A DNA stretch of 64,000 nucleotides, from NCBI RefSeq assembly GCF_006345805.1, contig NC_043014.1:34348001-34412000 (forward strand). Direction: 5' to 3'. The position numbers and the translations under genes were made by a program. The first letter of the stretch is position 1; every line of letters starts with the position of its first letter. Shown here piece by piece: positions 1 through 11,400 of this stretch. The stretch is from Octopus sinensis. Taxonomy: Eukaryota. The notes beneath the pieces were generated by a model that was given only the letters and a program-made list of their open reading frames with translations, was not told where the DNA came from and made no database searches.

Positions 1-278
1 ACGGCTACGCATTTCGCCCGGCTTGCTAACGTTTCTGCCAACTTACCACACAGCCACTCCTACGCCTATTTACTGTTGTAAATTCGTAAAACCATAACGG
101 CAAACCCTGTACTGTATGATTTACCGTATTTAGTCCTTAAACGTCTCTACTCTAAATTCAAATTCCGCCGCCGAAATTGACTTCGCCCTCTGTTCCCACT
201 GTGTCGATAAAATATTTGATTTACGTTCTTCTTCAGCGTAACCCGAGAAACACGGTTCTGTTTGTATATATAAAAGTA

Positions 279-560
279 GGTACTACTTAAGAAGAGTGGT
301 CCCGGTGCGCGCACTCGTGTACTCGCGCATCCGCGCTAGCTAGTCGTGACTAGTCGATCCTTACTTTGTGTTTTTGTTTTATTTATTTTGTTTAAAAAAA
401 ATTATTTACTTTGTGTTTTTGTGTTTTATTTACTTTAAAAAAAAAAAAATTATTTTGTGTTTTATTTACTTTGCTAGGTAGTCGTAGGATCGACTAGTCA
501 CGACTAGCAAGCGCGAATACGCGAGTGCGCGCACTGGGACCACTGTTCTTAAGTAGTACC
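279..560. mobile_element. Non-autonomous foldback MITE with long TIRs, Merlin-like
   Basis: Starts GGTACTACTTAAGAA and ends TTCTTAAGTAGTACC, with imperfect arms of about 80 bp around a T-rich spacer. Perfect 8-bp TSD TAAAAGTA at 271-278 and 561-568. Confidence 0.85.
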
Positions 561-574
561 TAAAAGTAGATATT

Positions 575-778
575 GATTTCAAATTTTGGCGCAAGGCCAA
601 AAGTTCGGAGGAGGGAGTAAGTCGTTTACACAGACCCCAGTGCTCAACTAGTACTCATTTTATCAACCCAGAAAGGATGACAAGCAAAGTCGACCTCGGC
701 AGAACTTGAACACGGAACAACGTAAAGGCGGACGAAATGCCCGGCATCCTAACGAGTCCTACCAGCTTGCCGCCTTAA
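575..778 (-). mobile_element. SINE family B copy
   Basis: Reverse complement of the family B body seen at 5282-5513 (aaaggatgacaagcaaagtcgacctcggc...cgcctt). Flanked by the repeated motif taaaagtagatatt. Confidence 0.75.
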
Positions 779-910
779 ATATAAAAGTAGATATTAGGAA
801 TTATTAGTTATGTGCTGCTTGAATAAGTAAGGTAGTCAGTACCAGCTCACACTTAATTATTAGATATGAGAATGAATTGATTTTAAATTCATCATAGAAA
901 TGTTAACGTA

Positions 911-1314
911 AGGCGCAGGAGTGGCTGTGTGGTAAGTAGCTTGCTAACCAGCCACATGGTTCCGGGCTCAGTCCCACTGCGTGGCATCTTGGGCAAGTGT
1001 TTTTTTCTGCTATAGCCCCGGGCCGACCAATGCCTTGTGAGTGGATTTGCTAGACGGAAACTGAAAGAAGCCTGTCGTATATATGTATATATATATATAT
1101 GTGTGTGTGTGTTTGTCCCCCTAGCATTGCTTGCCAACCGATGTTGGTGTGTTTACGTCCCCGTCACTTAGCGGTTCGGCAAAAGAGACCGATATAATAA
1201 GTACTGGTCTTACAAAGAATAAGTCCCGGGGTCGATTTGCTCGACTAAAGGCGGTGCTCCAGCATGGCCGCAGTCAAATGACTGAAACAAGTAAAAGAGT
1301 AAAAGAAAGAGAGT
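911..1314 (+). mobile_element. tRNA-headed SINE family A, full length
   Basis: Head GGCGCAGGAGTGGCTGTGTGGTAAG with a B-box-like GGGCTCAGTCC, internal (TA)n(TG)n, and a gtaaaaga tail. Many homologous copies in the window. Confidence 0.9.
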
Positions 1315-1405
1315 AAGGCCAAGCATAATTTCAATAAATGGCTAATATTTTGATGTCAATTTCAGAGTGCTTTTTAACCTCAATCGGGCGGCGATAAAAA
1401 TACAT

Positions 1406-2094
1406 GGATCTTTTCCTTTTGAACGACACACAATTTCTTGTTAACTAAACACTTTAAAACTTCGTATACTGGTAGAATGTGTCAAAATAAAACATTTTTT
1501 CTCTTGGCTTTCTTGATAAAATTGTAATTTGTTTGTTTAACGTAGTTTAAGTTTTCGAATTTTAACCAATGAATCGCCTCTAATTGAGCTAAAATCATTT
1601 GCTGCGTCTAAAACTGAGACAACATCCTGTCACTAACCCTAAACCTCACCCTAACCCTATTTTTTTTTTCTTAATTGTTAAATTAATTTAATTGTTACGC
1701 GTGTAAAAAAAACGAAAGCGTATAAGTACGGAAAGCGTGTATATAAAATTATAGAATTATTTTGTTTGTTAATTGTTTAAATTATTTTCCATTGCTTTCG
1801 TTTTTTTACACGCGTAACAATTAAGAAAAAAAAATTAGGGTTAGGGTTAGGTTTAAGGTTAGTGACAGGATGTTGTCTCAGTTTTAGACGCAGCAAATGA
1901 TTTTAGCTCAATGGAGGTAATCGATTGGTTAAAATTGCCAAAATGCTCGAAATATCTTACAAACTATAGAATTTTCTCAATAAAACCAAGAGAAAACGAT
2001 GTTTTATAAACACATTCTACCAGTATACGAAGTTTAAAACTTTTTAGTTACCTAGAAATTATGTTACAAAGTGCCGTTCAAAAGGAAAAGATCC
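1406..2094. mobile_element. Palindromic GGATC-ended MITE carrying telomere-like repeats, Merlin-like
   Basis: GGATCTTTTCCTTTTGAACG ... CGTTCAAAAGGAAAAGATCC with 8-bp TSD AAATACAT (1398-1405, 2095-2102). Nearly the whole element is an inverted repeat, with CCCTAA in the left arm and TTAGGG in the right arm. Confidence 0.9.
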
Positions 2095-3726
2095 AAATAC
2101 ATCAACCTCAACAGTCGCGGGAGGGCCTACCTGCCAAGGGTCATGTGATCGCAATGCAGTGAATGAAGCCCCCAGTATACAGAACATATAATGACATGAG
2201 ACAGTGTAATTGTAGTGTGAGGAGTGTACACTTGTGTGTGCACTTCATGCGTAATATTTCAGGTCCTAATACCATTAAGTCACAGCTTAAGGAGTTGATT
2301 TCTTTTGTGAAATTTTCTGTGGACAAGAACCTTTAACAATTTTATTTTGAGAAGAAAAAAGATGTAAATATCTGTTCATTTGATAATGAAATTGGATAAA
2401 TTTAAATAGCTTGGTAAGAATTACTTTAATGAACTCAGTTATACAGAATTGAGAATTGTCTTAACTAAATGAAACACAATTTATCTTTCTGTGTGTGTGT
2501 GTTTTGCATAGATTCTTACAAATCGTTTTGATATATGTCGAAATAATCTTGTTTATGCGATGATGAATTTCTTTTCCACCATGCTCCGATATTGCTATAG
2601 AAAACGTAACTATCAATAGCGTTTGCAGTGTCAAACTGCTTTGGCATTCTAGCAATTACCGAATCAATAACATCAAAAACGTTCTGTTTGAATTCGATTT
2701 AAGGCTCGTTGGATCCATCACGATGACTTTCTCAGACATTTTCCTCTGGTTCATCATCATCTTCAATGACAAATCGTGTTCTATCTTTTAAGAAATTTTA
2801 TTTTGATGGAAAAATTCAATTTCGATTTTTCTCAGCAACTAGCTTTGTTTCAATTAAAATCCGGTCATTTCTCAAGTAGATCTTTTAAATCATTTTAAGC
2901 TTGAAACCTCTATATTCACTGTAGCGAGGATCTTTGACCACATCGATGGCATAAGGATGCAAATGAAAAATCTTATGTATTCCATTCCGACACTGACTTC
3001 AGCTTTTTGAGTAATGCTGAATGACAAACATTTCTTTAGCGGGAGTTATATCCCAATAAGATGATTTTCAATGGGTCTTACACTTGCTACTCAGTCTGTC
3101 CAATGAGTACCTGAAAAAACTCTAACAGATTCCCCTAGATGCTCTCCGAGAATAATCCTACACTGAGGAGTGGAGGAAAACAAAATGTGACTGCAACATA
3201 CGGCAATTTAGGGAATAGAAACCATACAAAGTAGATTGATGGCAAGTATGTGAGGCTGAGTATCATTGTATTTGCCAGGCGTGTTGGCAATGTTATCATA
3301 AGCCTGTCCTCGACAATCTTTTATAGCTATCCCAAAATGCTTGAATGTCTCCGTAATCAGATTTACTAATTCAGCCCTTGATTACAACAATAAACGGAGG
3401 TCTAAAATAATTTTGGAACTGCAGTTCCAAAATGGTGAACTTTGCTCCATATGGCTGGCACCTATGTTTCATAAACCATAATTAGATTTAATCCAAATGT
3501 GATTCGGAACATATTCTTTTACTTGTTTCAGTCATTTGACTGCGGCCATGCTGGAGCACCGCCTTTAATCGAGCAACTCGACCCCGGGACTTATTCTTTT
3601 GTAAGCCCAGTACTTATTCTATCGGTCTCTTTTGCCGAACCGCTAAGTGACGGGGACATAAACACACCAGCATCGGTTGTCAAGCAATGCTAGGGGGACA
3701 AACACAGACACACAAACACACGCATA

Positions 3727-4239
3727 TCTATATATATAAAACTGTAGTTGTGTGAGTGTCTGTCCCCTTCGATTTAAATTCCTAACTACTCCCACATTTT
3801 GCGGTGCAGTTTAACCAAATTCGGGTATCTTATAGTCGTGATTCATATCGAGCCCGTCTGAGTATTAGCGCGCGTCTACGATGAGTCTACGATTTTAAAA
3901 ATAATTTAACATCATTTTTTATTCCATTTTAATGCATAATTTTTCGTGTGTCGATGGCGGCGGAGTTGGCGTCCATGGTCACACCTGCACCTGTTTGCTT
4001 CTCCCCCTTCTTCCCTCCCTCGTGAAGCTGTGGGGAAGGGAGTGTAAGGAAATCAACGTCGTAAAGCGTTGTCAAGGAGACCAGCGTTCTTTTAGAACAA
4101 CGACTTCATGGCTTGAAGACACCAAAACAGAAATGGCTAAGAAAGCCCGAATTGGCATCTATAAGGGAAATAACTCTCTAAAAATGCTTATATAGTTATT
4201 TCCCTTACAAACCCGAGCAACGACGGGCGATACTGCTAG
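3727..4239 (+). mobile_element. Non-autonomous Helitron, unit 1
   Basis: 5' A|TCTATATATATAAAA, 3' hairpin CCCGAGCAACGACGGG then CTAG|T, no TSD. Confidence 0.85.
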
Positions 4240-4632
4240 TATATATTATTACAGAGAAGTTGTGTGTCTGTCTCCAACGATTTAGATTCCTAACTACTCC
4301 CACATTTTGCGGTGCAGTGTAACCAAAACCGGGTATCTTATAGTCGTGATTCATATCGAGCCCTTCTGGGTATTAGCGCGCGTCTACGATGAGTCTACGA
4401 TTAAAAAAAAAATTACCATAATTTTTTTCCATTTTAATGCATTTTTCGCTATTATAAGGGAAGTAACTCTCTAAAAATGTCTACGATGAGTCAACGATTT
4501 TTAATAAAATTTACCATCATTTTTTTTCCATTTTCAATGCATTTTTTTGCTATTTTTTTGCTATAACTCTCTAAAAATGCTTATATAGTTATTTCCCTTA
4601 CAAACCCGAGCAACGCCGGGCGATACTGCTAG
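4240..4632 (+). mobile_element. Non-autonomous Helitron, unit 2 (tandem)
   Basis: Shares 5' and 3' blocks with unit 1. Hairpin CCCGAGCAACGCCGGG at 4605-4620 and CTAG|T at 4629-4633. Confidence 0.85.
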
Positions 4633-5281
4633 TATATATATATATATACATATATACGTCGGGCTTCTTTTCAGTTTCCGTCTACCAAATCCACTCACAA
4701 GGCTTTGGCCAGCCCAAGACTATAGTAGAAGACACTTGCCCAAGGTGCCACGCAGTGGGACTGAACCCGGAACCATGTGGTTGGTAAACAAGCTACTTAC
4801 CTCGCAGCCACTCCCGCGCCTATTTTACGTATTTAATGAAAATGTTTTGAGAAATAGTGAACTTGAAGCCGTTCATCCTTTTATTTGGGTGCTTTCTTTG
4901 TAATTAGTCCGACTAGAATTAGTCATAGGCCATGAGTTTGCGATTGCCACCACTTCATTGGGATGAAGTGCGGAAAGCAAATTCCACTTTACCCAGGAAA
5001 AATTACTAACTACATCGATCTTCGTTAGTAAGTATTGACATTTCTCAGTCTCGCACATGACCCATTTAAGAGATATCGCATTAATCCTGGTATCATTTGT
5101 CCATCTCCTCTCTGGCTCATGCCATGTTAAATAACAGTTCTTGCATACTGAGTAATTTCAATGTTCAGGCAACCAGTTAAACAGTTTTTTTCCCATTTCT
5201 GTTCAGTACTCCCGTTCTGTTTAGATGCAATGATCGACTGTAATCTTTCCAGTTGTGGTTCAGCGGTATGAGAGAAAACAA

Positions 5282-5513
5282 AGGCGGCGAGCTGGCAGAA
5301 ACGTTAGCACGCCGGGCGAAATGCGTAGCCGTATTTCGTCTGCCGTTACGTTGTGAGTTCAAATTCCGCCGAGATCAACTTTGCCTTTCATCCTTTCGGG
5401 GTCGATAAATTAAGTACCAGTTACGCCCTGGGGTCGATGTAATCGACTAAATACCTATGTCTGTCCTTGTTTTTCCCCTCTACGTTTAGCCCCTTGTGGG
5501 TAATAATGAAATA
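5282..5513 (+). mobile_element. SINE family B, full length
   Basis: Head GGCGGCGAGCTGGCAGAAACGTTAG with B-box-like GAGTTCAAATTCC. Perfect 17-bp TSD GGTATGAGAGAAAACAA (5265-5281, 5514-5530). Confidence 0.9.
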
Positions 5514-5975
5514 GGTATGAGAGAAAACAACGCTTACAAAATAGGTAATATAAGGCCTATTTTCTAGGACAAACTGCAAGCCTTCGTCTGCTTTTGCGTG
5601 TATTATTTGTTGTTCTAACTTTGATTACAGACATTAGACATTTTCGTTCGGTAAAATTACTTTACTTAACTATCGAACACTTTCAGGTAATGACACGGAA
5701 CTATGTGGCGATTATGCGTGGGCAGATAGCATCCTGGATTGACTGAATGTCAATTATCTATTGTTTTACAGTTCAATATTACTGTGTCACGCGAACGCGA
5801 ACAGGATGTGGATCGGCTGATTCAGACATCACATACACGGGTCCAATTGTCATACTATCATGTTGTTAATTGTAATATATCCAAGGCGTGAACTTAGTTT
5901 AAACAACATCATCTTTCACAATGAATCAATCCACTCCTGAGTTGAAAGGAAGATTCCTGGTTGTTCTGTCTGCAT

Positions 5976-6040
<65 letters not shown>

Positions 6041-6262
6041 CGCGCGTGTGTCACTATTCAGTATTATTTCAAGATTTCTTGCCAATAGAGAAAGAACGAT
6101 TTCTAACCTAGATCCAAGGCTCTTTCATTGGAATTTCAACATCAACAGGGTATCTTAGTATGTATGTATACTTGCAGATTCGTATGTTTTGTTTTATGTA
6201 TGTATGTATGTATGTATGTATGTATGTATGTATGTATGTATGTATCTATCTATCTATCTATA

Positions 6263-6293
<31 letters not shown>

Positions 6294-6309
6294 TTGTATA
6301 TGTATGTAT

Positions 6310-6625
6310 GTGAGCCATCAAAATTCTCATGGAAATCGACCCATGATAAACAATGATGTGGCTATTAAAATTCATGACAGAACGTGTGTAAAATGTGGAA
6401 GGGTGTGTCTCTCAGTTGGAGGTCTGAAAAGACATGTTAAGAGAGTGCATATGGTGGAACCTGTTTCTCCTGCCAGCCAGCATAATTGTCAAGTATGTAA
6501 TAAAATGTGTAAAAGCTTGGCTGGGCTTTAAGGTCATATAAGGACATCACATAGCAACAATAATGAATCATTTCAGTAAGTCTTCTTGGCAATGGCTTTT
6601 CTCGTGTAACGAGGATGTAGCTGTG
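6310..6625 (+). mobile_element. Probable LINE (RTE-like) 3' remnant with two C2H2 fingers
   Basis: CVKCGRVCLSVGGLKRHVKRVH and CQVCNKMCKSLAGL*GHIRTSH. There is an in-frame stop and no TGEKP linker, and it sits between microsatellites. Resembles the C-terminal CxxCxRxxxSxxGLxSH motif of RTE ORFs. Confidence 0.5.
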
Positions 6626-6644
6626 TGTGATATGTATGTATGTA

Positions 6645-7506
6645 CAGAGTGTTCGGGCTAAATTTCTCAGTTTGCATGTTTGAATGAAAGGGGAAAAAAT
6701 CCCACAATATCCCATCCGAAAATAAAAGTATTTAAAAAAATCAGGAAATATCGATGAGATTATGGCTGAGAGAAAACAGTTTACTGAAAGTAGCTTTCCT
6801 CAACTTTCATCACAGCCTCAAGACGGCTCCAAAATCTGGCACGTATTCCTTACTCTGTCTCTGGGAAGATCTTCGAACAACTCTTAGATCTTGCTCACCG
6901 ACTCCGCCTTGATGTTTCAAGCAGAGTGTTTGATGCCTTTTTTCAGCCCCACCCCACACGTAGTAATCCATGGGAACACAACTGGGGGAATTAGGAAGCC
7001 AGACTTTGGGGGCAGGTGATAAGGAAATTCTCCGACAATCATTTCTGACTTATTCTGAAGGTATAACAAGGAGCTGAATCCTGCTCTTACACATATGGCC
7101 TTCCAGCAGCAACCCTCTCTAGCCAGGGTTTTGGCTACAGTCTCCAGCAGCTTTACATAGCTGTCTGAATTGAGTCTAAGACCCTTTTCAAAGATGTGGG
7201 GCAGCATGACGTCACCATCACTGGAGACACAAGAAAATCATCCCTTCTGTTGGCCACAGTTTGTAAGTATCCGTTTCAGCTATCCATTTTACGTCTTACA
7301 GTCTTTACAGTGTTCAAAGAGCATTGAGCAAGTCATGATGTCGGCACTTTAATAGTCGGTGCGAATCATCATAATACGAGCAACTCTTTTTCCAATAGTC
7401 AGATGGCTTCCAGCCCTCCACTACAACTTTAATCTTTATGCTCTCCAATGCTATTCCTGAAAAAAAAAGGAGATATAAAACTGTCGAATTTAGCCAGAAT
7501 AACCTG
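6645..7506 (-). mobile_element. Decayed Tc1/mariner-superfamily element (DD37D/maT-like)
   Basis: Imperfect TIRs CAGAGTGTTCGGGCTAAATT / AATTTAGCCAGAATAACCTG flanked by TA. Transposase remnants GLRLNSDSYVKLLE, QDSAP and WLPNSP..PMDYYVW. Confidence 0.75.
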
Positions 7507-7549
7507 TACATATTCGTATATGAGTGTGCGCATGTATGTATGGATGGAT

Positions 7550-7595
<46 letters not shown>

Positions 7596-7911
7596 GCGCG
7601 CGCACACACACAATAATGTTAATGAAAGGGTTAAAAAGAAATTTAATTTCTAGTGGTAATTGTAATAATTTCGGGATGTAATTAACTTATTTAGTAATAC
7701 AGTTCTATATTTAAGAGATGAGGAATTATGTACCTTATTTACAATTGAAGGATATTTGTCCTCTTCTTGTTTGTTGTTAACACAAAGTTTCGGCTGATAT
7801 ACTCTCCAGCCTTCATTAAGTGTTTTGGAAGAAATTTCGAACCTGGGTTCTCATTCCTAAGGTATTTTTTCGATGTTGTTATTATAATTACTATTATTCA
7901 GGTCACTGCAA

Positions 7912-7983
7912 GGGCATATGGCGTAGTGGTTAAGAGCGCGGGCTACTAACCTCAAGATTCCGAGTTCGTTTCCAGGCAGTGAC
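7912..7983 (+). promoter_or_regulatory. tRNA-derived Pol III internal promoter (A and B boxes)
   Basis: A box TGGCGTAGTGG at 7919-7929, B-box-like GAGTTCGTTTCC at 7962-7973, and anticodon-loop-like CT-ACT-AA. The acceptor stem is poor, so this is not called a tRNA gene. Confidence 0.7.
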
Positions 7984-8058
7984 TTGAATAATAATAATCA
8001 TAATAACAACATCGAAAAATACCTTAAGAATGAGAACCGAGGTTCGAAATTTCCCCAA

Positions 8059-8104
8059 GACACCTGATGAAGACTGGAGAGTATATCAGCCGAAACGTTG
8101 TGTT
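8059..8104 (+). ncRNA. Minimal type I hammerhead ribozyme motif
   Basis: Stem I GACAC/GTGTT, core CTGATGA (8064-8070), an extra A, stem II G(A/G)CTG/CAGCC, GAAA (8092-8095), loopless palindromic stem III ACGT, and predicted cleavage after GUU at 8099. Confidence 0.75.
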
Positions 8105-8273
8105 AACGACAAAGAAGATGAGGACAAATATCTGCCGAATGTAAATAATGTTTTTTAGTAATGTATTTTCAGGAAAACTACTTTGGTGACTTCAGTAGTT
8201 TACGTCCAGATGAACAAGATGTATAGCACGTACAAACACATACACACATACACACACATGTATACATGCATAT

Positions 8274-8304
<31 letters not shown>

Positions 8305-8419
8305 GATATATTATATTATATTATATTATATCATATCATATTATATTATATTTATATTATATTATATTTATATATCATATTATATTACAAGTAGTCGTTG
8401 GTTATGGCTGATCAGAAAG

Positions 8420-11400
8420 TTACCATTGGTTTCATGTCCATCGCTGCTCCGTTCAGGATACTTGCAACCTCATCTGCAGTATCCGTCTTCATTTCCCTCC
8501 ATATTGCCATCCGACCCAATCCACAGTAGATCATCGAGAGATACATCCTCTACCGGAAGTGTGTCACATCCACTGCCAATCCTCTCCAGTTGTACTCAAC
8601 TGAGATGTTTCCCGGCTCGTGTACACTCGGAGTAGGGTCGATGAATCGATACCCATCACAGCTCTTGACCACCTTTTGAATGTTCTCTCTAGTAACGTCG
8701 GAGTCAACCTCCTGGCAAGGTAGAGGGTTCTATCCACGTCTATATGATGCATGGCATGCACTCTCCTTTGTTCCCAGTCACCTAGCCGACACACTGCAGC
8801 TATCCCCAACTCTGAATCTTCCGGTACCGCCAACCAGGCCTTTTTTTCTTTCTGAGGGCACAAAGACCACGCTCAGCTTCAAACCAAATTCGGCAACTAG
8901 CTCTCCCTAGTTTTACTAACATTTCTGCAGCTCCTTTGGTTCGAACCCTCTTTTCATTGGTGATCACTGATCCACCCCATCCAAGCACAGTAGCTAAATC
9001 GTTTTGGATTTCAATAGAACGCAGCCCCCATCTCAGGGCCAGATTTACCCCCTTCAGTACTGCGTCCAACTCAGCTACGTTGATATGGTTGTAATCAACT
9101 GCTTTTCACAGCCAGGCTGTGTCCTCCACTTCGACACCTCCGATTTCCAGGACAACCCCTATCGCTATGCTGCTAGCATCGCACCATATGGCCCCATTCT
9201 CTAACTTGGGCACATACCAGCTTCCTCTTACTTAGTCTTCTGCTCTTACCCTCTCTAGGATTTCCTGCATCATCGCCACCGTCCTCTCTCTCTCTCTCTC
9301 TGTCTCCCCAGCCTGTCCCGTCAGCTCGTCTCTTGACATAGCTGCATGCTGTTCGAAGCCACCCTGCGATTGGATAGTGACCCACTAGTCTTCCATACAT
9401 CAAGAATAGTTCTTGTCTGTTGACGTTGGTACCCAGTTCCAGAATCTCATTTCCTCTCTGAAACACCAACACACCTGTTTTGTCTCTTTGAAGCTTGAGC
9501 ATCAGTGCAGCTCCTTCAACCATTGGCTCCGGTGGTTTCGTAGTCAGCCCAAACCTCTCTAATTGACCTATGACCTCTGAGGCAGACACTGCAGTCTCGT
9601 CTACCAGGATGTCGTCCATATAGGATTTGGTGGCTTTTTTTTACCTTGTCCACCTTTCTCGGGATAGGTTTGAGCACTGTTGCCATGATTTTTGGCACAG
9701 AATTCAACCCGAAACCTAGCCTAGTCAAACAGTATATCTGGCCCTTATATCACACCAGTTGATACTGTCACAGTTTCTCGCTCGCATAGGACCACAGATA
9801 TACCAACTTCAAGTCGACAATCGTTGCCGCCCTCGTCATCCGTCTCCATTCTCGTAACGTCTTTCTGCAGCCGTCAGTCACCTCGCCGCCCATGTGGCAC
9901 GACACGTGGTCATTCATCTCTCGAAAGTCCAGTATCGGCCTGACCTTGCTCTCCGTTGGCCGCACCATTGCCACTAGTGGAAGCACTCTGTTCTTCAGTT
10001 CCTCCTTCCATTGGATAAGGATACCCTCCTTGATGCATAATCTACCTCTCTTTCAAATTCACTCCTGGCATCTCCTTTCAAGGTATGTTGATAACAGCTT
10101 AGCCTGCTCTTCAGTGTCGAGGGTTCCACTTTCCAGCACCACCTGAAAATCTTTATCCTCAATGGTGTAAGCAGTACAATCTCCCACGGAGCTCTTCCCT
10201 CTCTCTTTTTGTAGACTCACAGCGCATGATGCACCTGCACCATTAAATGAAATCATGTTTCCATTGACACTGACACCTCCAAGGCAGTTGATCGCGTCCG
10301 TACCCATCACCACATCAATTTCGTCTACCACATGGTCGATCCCAATCGCCCGCAACCTCATTGTTGTGCCCCGCACTGCTATCTCCACTTTGCTGCTACC
10401 CTCACATCCAGTTTCGCTACCGTCACTACTCGTCTCCTTCCCTTTTTTGTCACCCTTGGGGTCACGATAAGCGTTGTACAGCCTGTATCCACGAGGGCTC
10501 TGAACATTTTTTCTCTGACCAGGACTTCAACTATGGGCAGCGACTGCACGAAAGCTTCTACTTGCTCGCGGGAAATTTGAGAGGCAGCAACATCCCTCTG
10601 ATCTTTTCCCTGGCTGCAGTTTCAAGCGATGTGCCCTGCACCGGTAGCAAACAGGTTCGGGCTTTGTCTCCACACAGTACCTCGCTATGTGCGGTCCATG
10701 GTACTTGAAACACCAGCCCATAAACTGATCGTCGTGTAACGTGGCGGGCTTCCGCATCTGCCATCGCCGCATCCCACCCAGTGTTTTGTTTCGAAATGCG
10801 GGCTTGAGCGATGAGCTCGCTCATTGGCATTTTTTCGCTGCCTGGCAGTTGTTGCAGTGGCACCGATATGTCGTCAGGAAAGTCATTTACGAAAGTCAAT
10901 CGTGCCGTTTTTTCTAGTCCCTCTCCGGTAAAACCAGATAGCATGGCTAGTCTCCGAATCTCCGCTGCGTACACGTCTATCTGTTCCTCTGTCTACCTGA
11001 CTGCTCCTAGGCTGACGAATGCAGCGTACGATCCTTCCGTAAAGGTTTCCTTTAGGTGCTGCTCGATCTTTGTTGCTCCAGTTGGTTTTTTTCATCCATC
11101 TCCAGGTACAGCACCAACGCGTTTCCCTCCAGATACAGAGTCATCAGACCTGCTACATCGTCAATGCCTTGCAGCCTGGCCACCACCTTGATCTCATGGA
11201 TTCAGGCGATCACATCTCCTTCGCTACAGAAAGGTCTGATGGCATCGCTGCCGATCCTTATTTTCGCTGCTATCTCATGGAAGGGGACAACAATAACGGG
11301 AAAATATGTATATATACGTGAGTTGAAATAGTTTGTAGTATGAGGGAACTGTAATGTGAAGAACAAAATACGGTTCTTCTACCTCTCAGTGTAGGCTATG

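Larger units (their letters stand above)
3514..4820 (-). mobile_element. SINE family A split by Helitron insertions in its internal (TA)n
   Basis: 3514-3726 and 4633-4820 together reconstruct the reverse complement of the 911-1314 copy. Confidence 0.85.
2560..5250 (-). pseudogene. Decayed hAT (Tip100/ZMYM1-like) transposase, interrupted by a SINE and Helitrons
   Basis: Manual minus-strand translation gives DCRGQAYDNIANTPGKYN (about 3270-3320), matching the hAT CRGQxYDNAxNMxGKYNG motif, and RLQVHYFS (about 4848-4872). Many stops and frameshifts; ends approximate. Confidence 0.7.
7699..8153. mobile_element. tRNA-headed, hammerhead-bearing retroelement in inverted (Penelope-like) arrangement
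   Basis: Inverted arms about 7730-7909 and 7976-8151 around a tRNA-like spacer. Candidate TSD TTTAGTAAT at 7690-7698 and 8154-8162. Confidence 0.8.

Noticed and set aside
6160-6531. Host C2H2 zinc-finger gene
   Set aside because: The ORF start is microsatellite, the second finger has a stop, and there are no TGEKP linkers. It is better explained as a LINE C-terminal relic.
7912-7983. Functional tRNA gene
   Set aside because: Acceptor and anticodon stems pair poorly, the B box is altered, and the sequence runs straight into a repeat body. The same applies to the SINE A, B and C heads.
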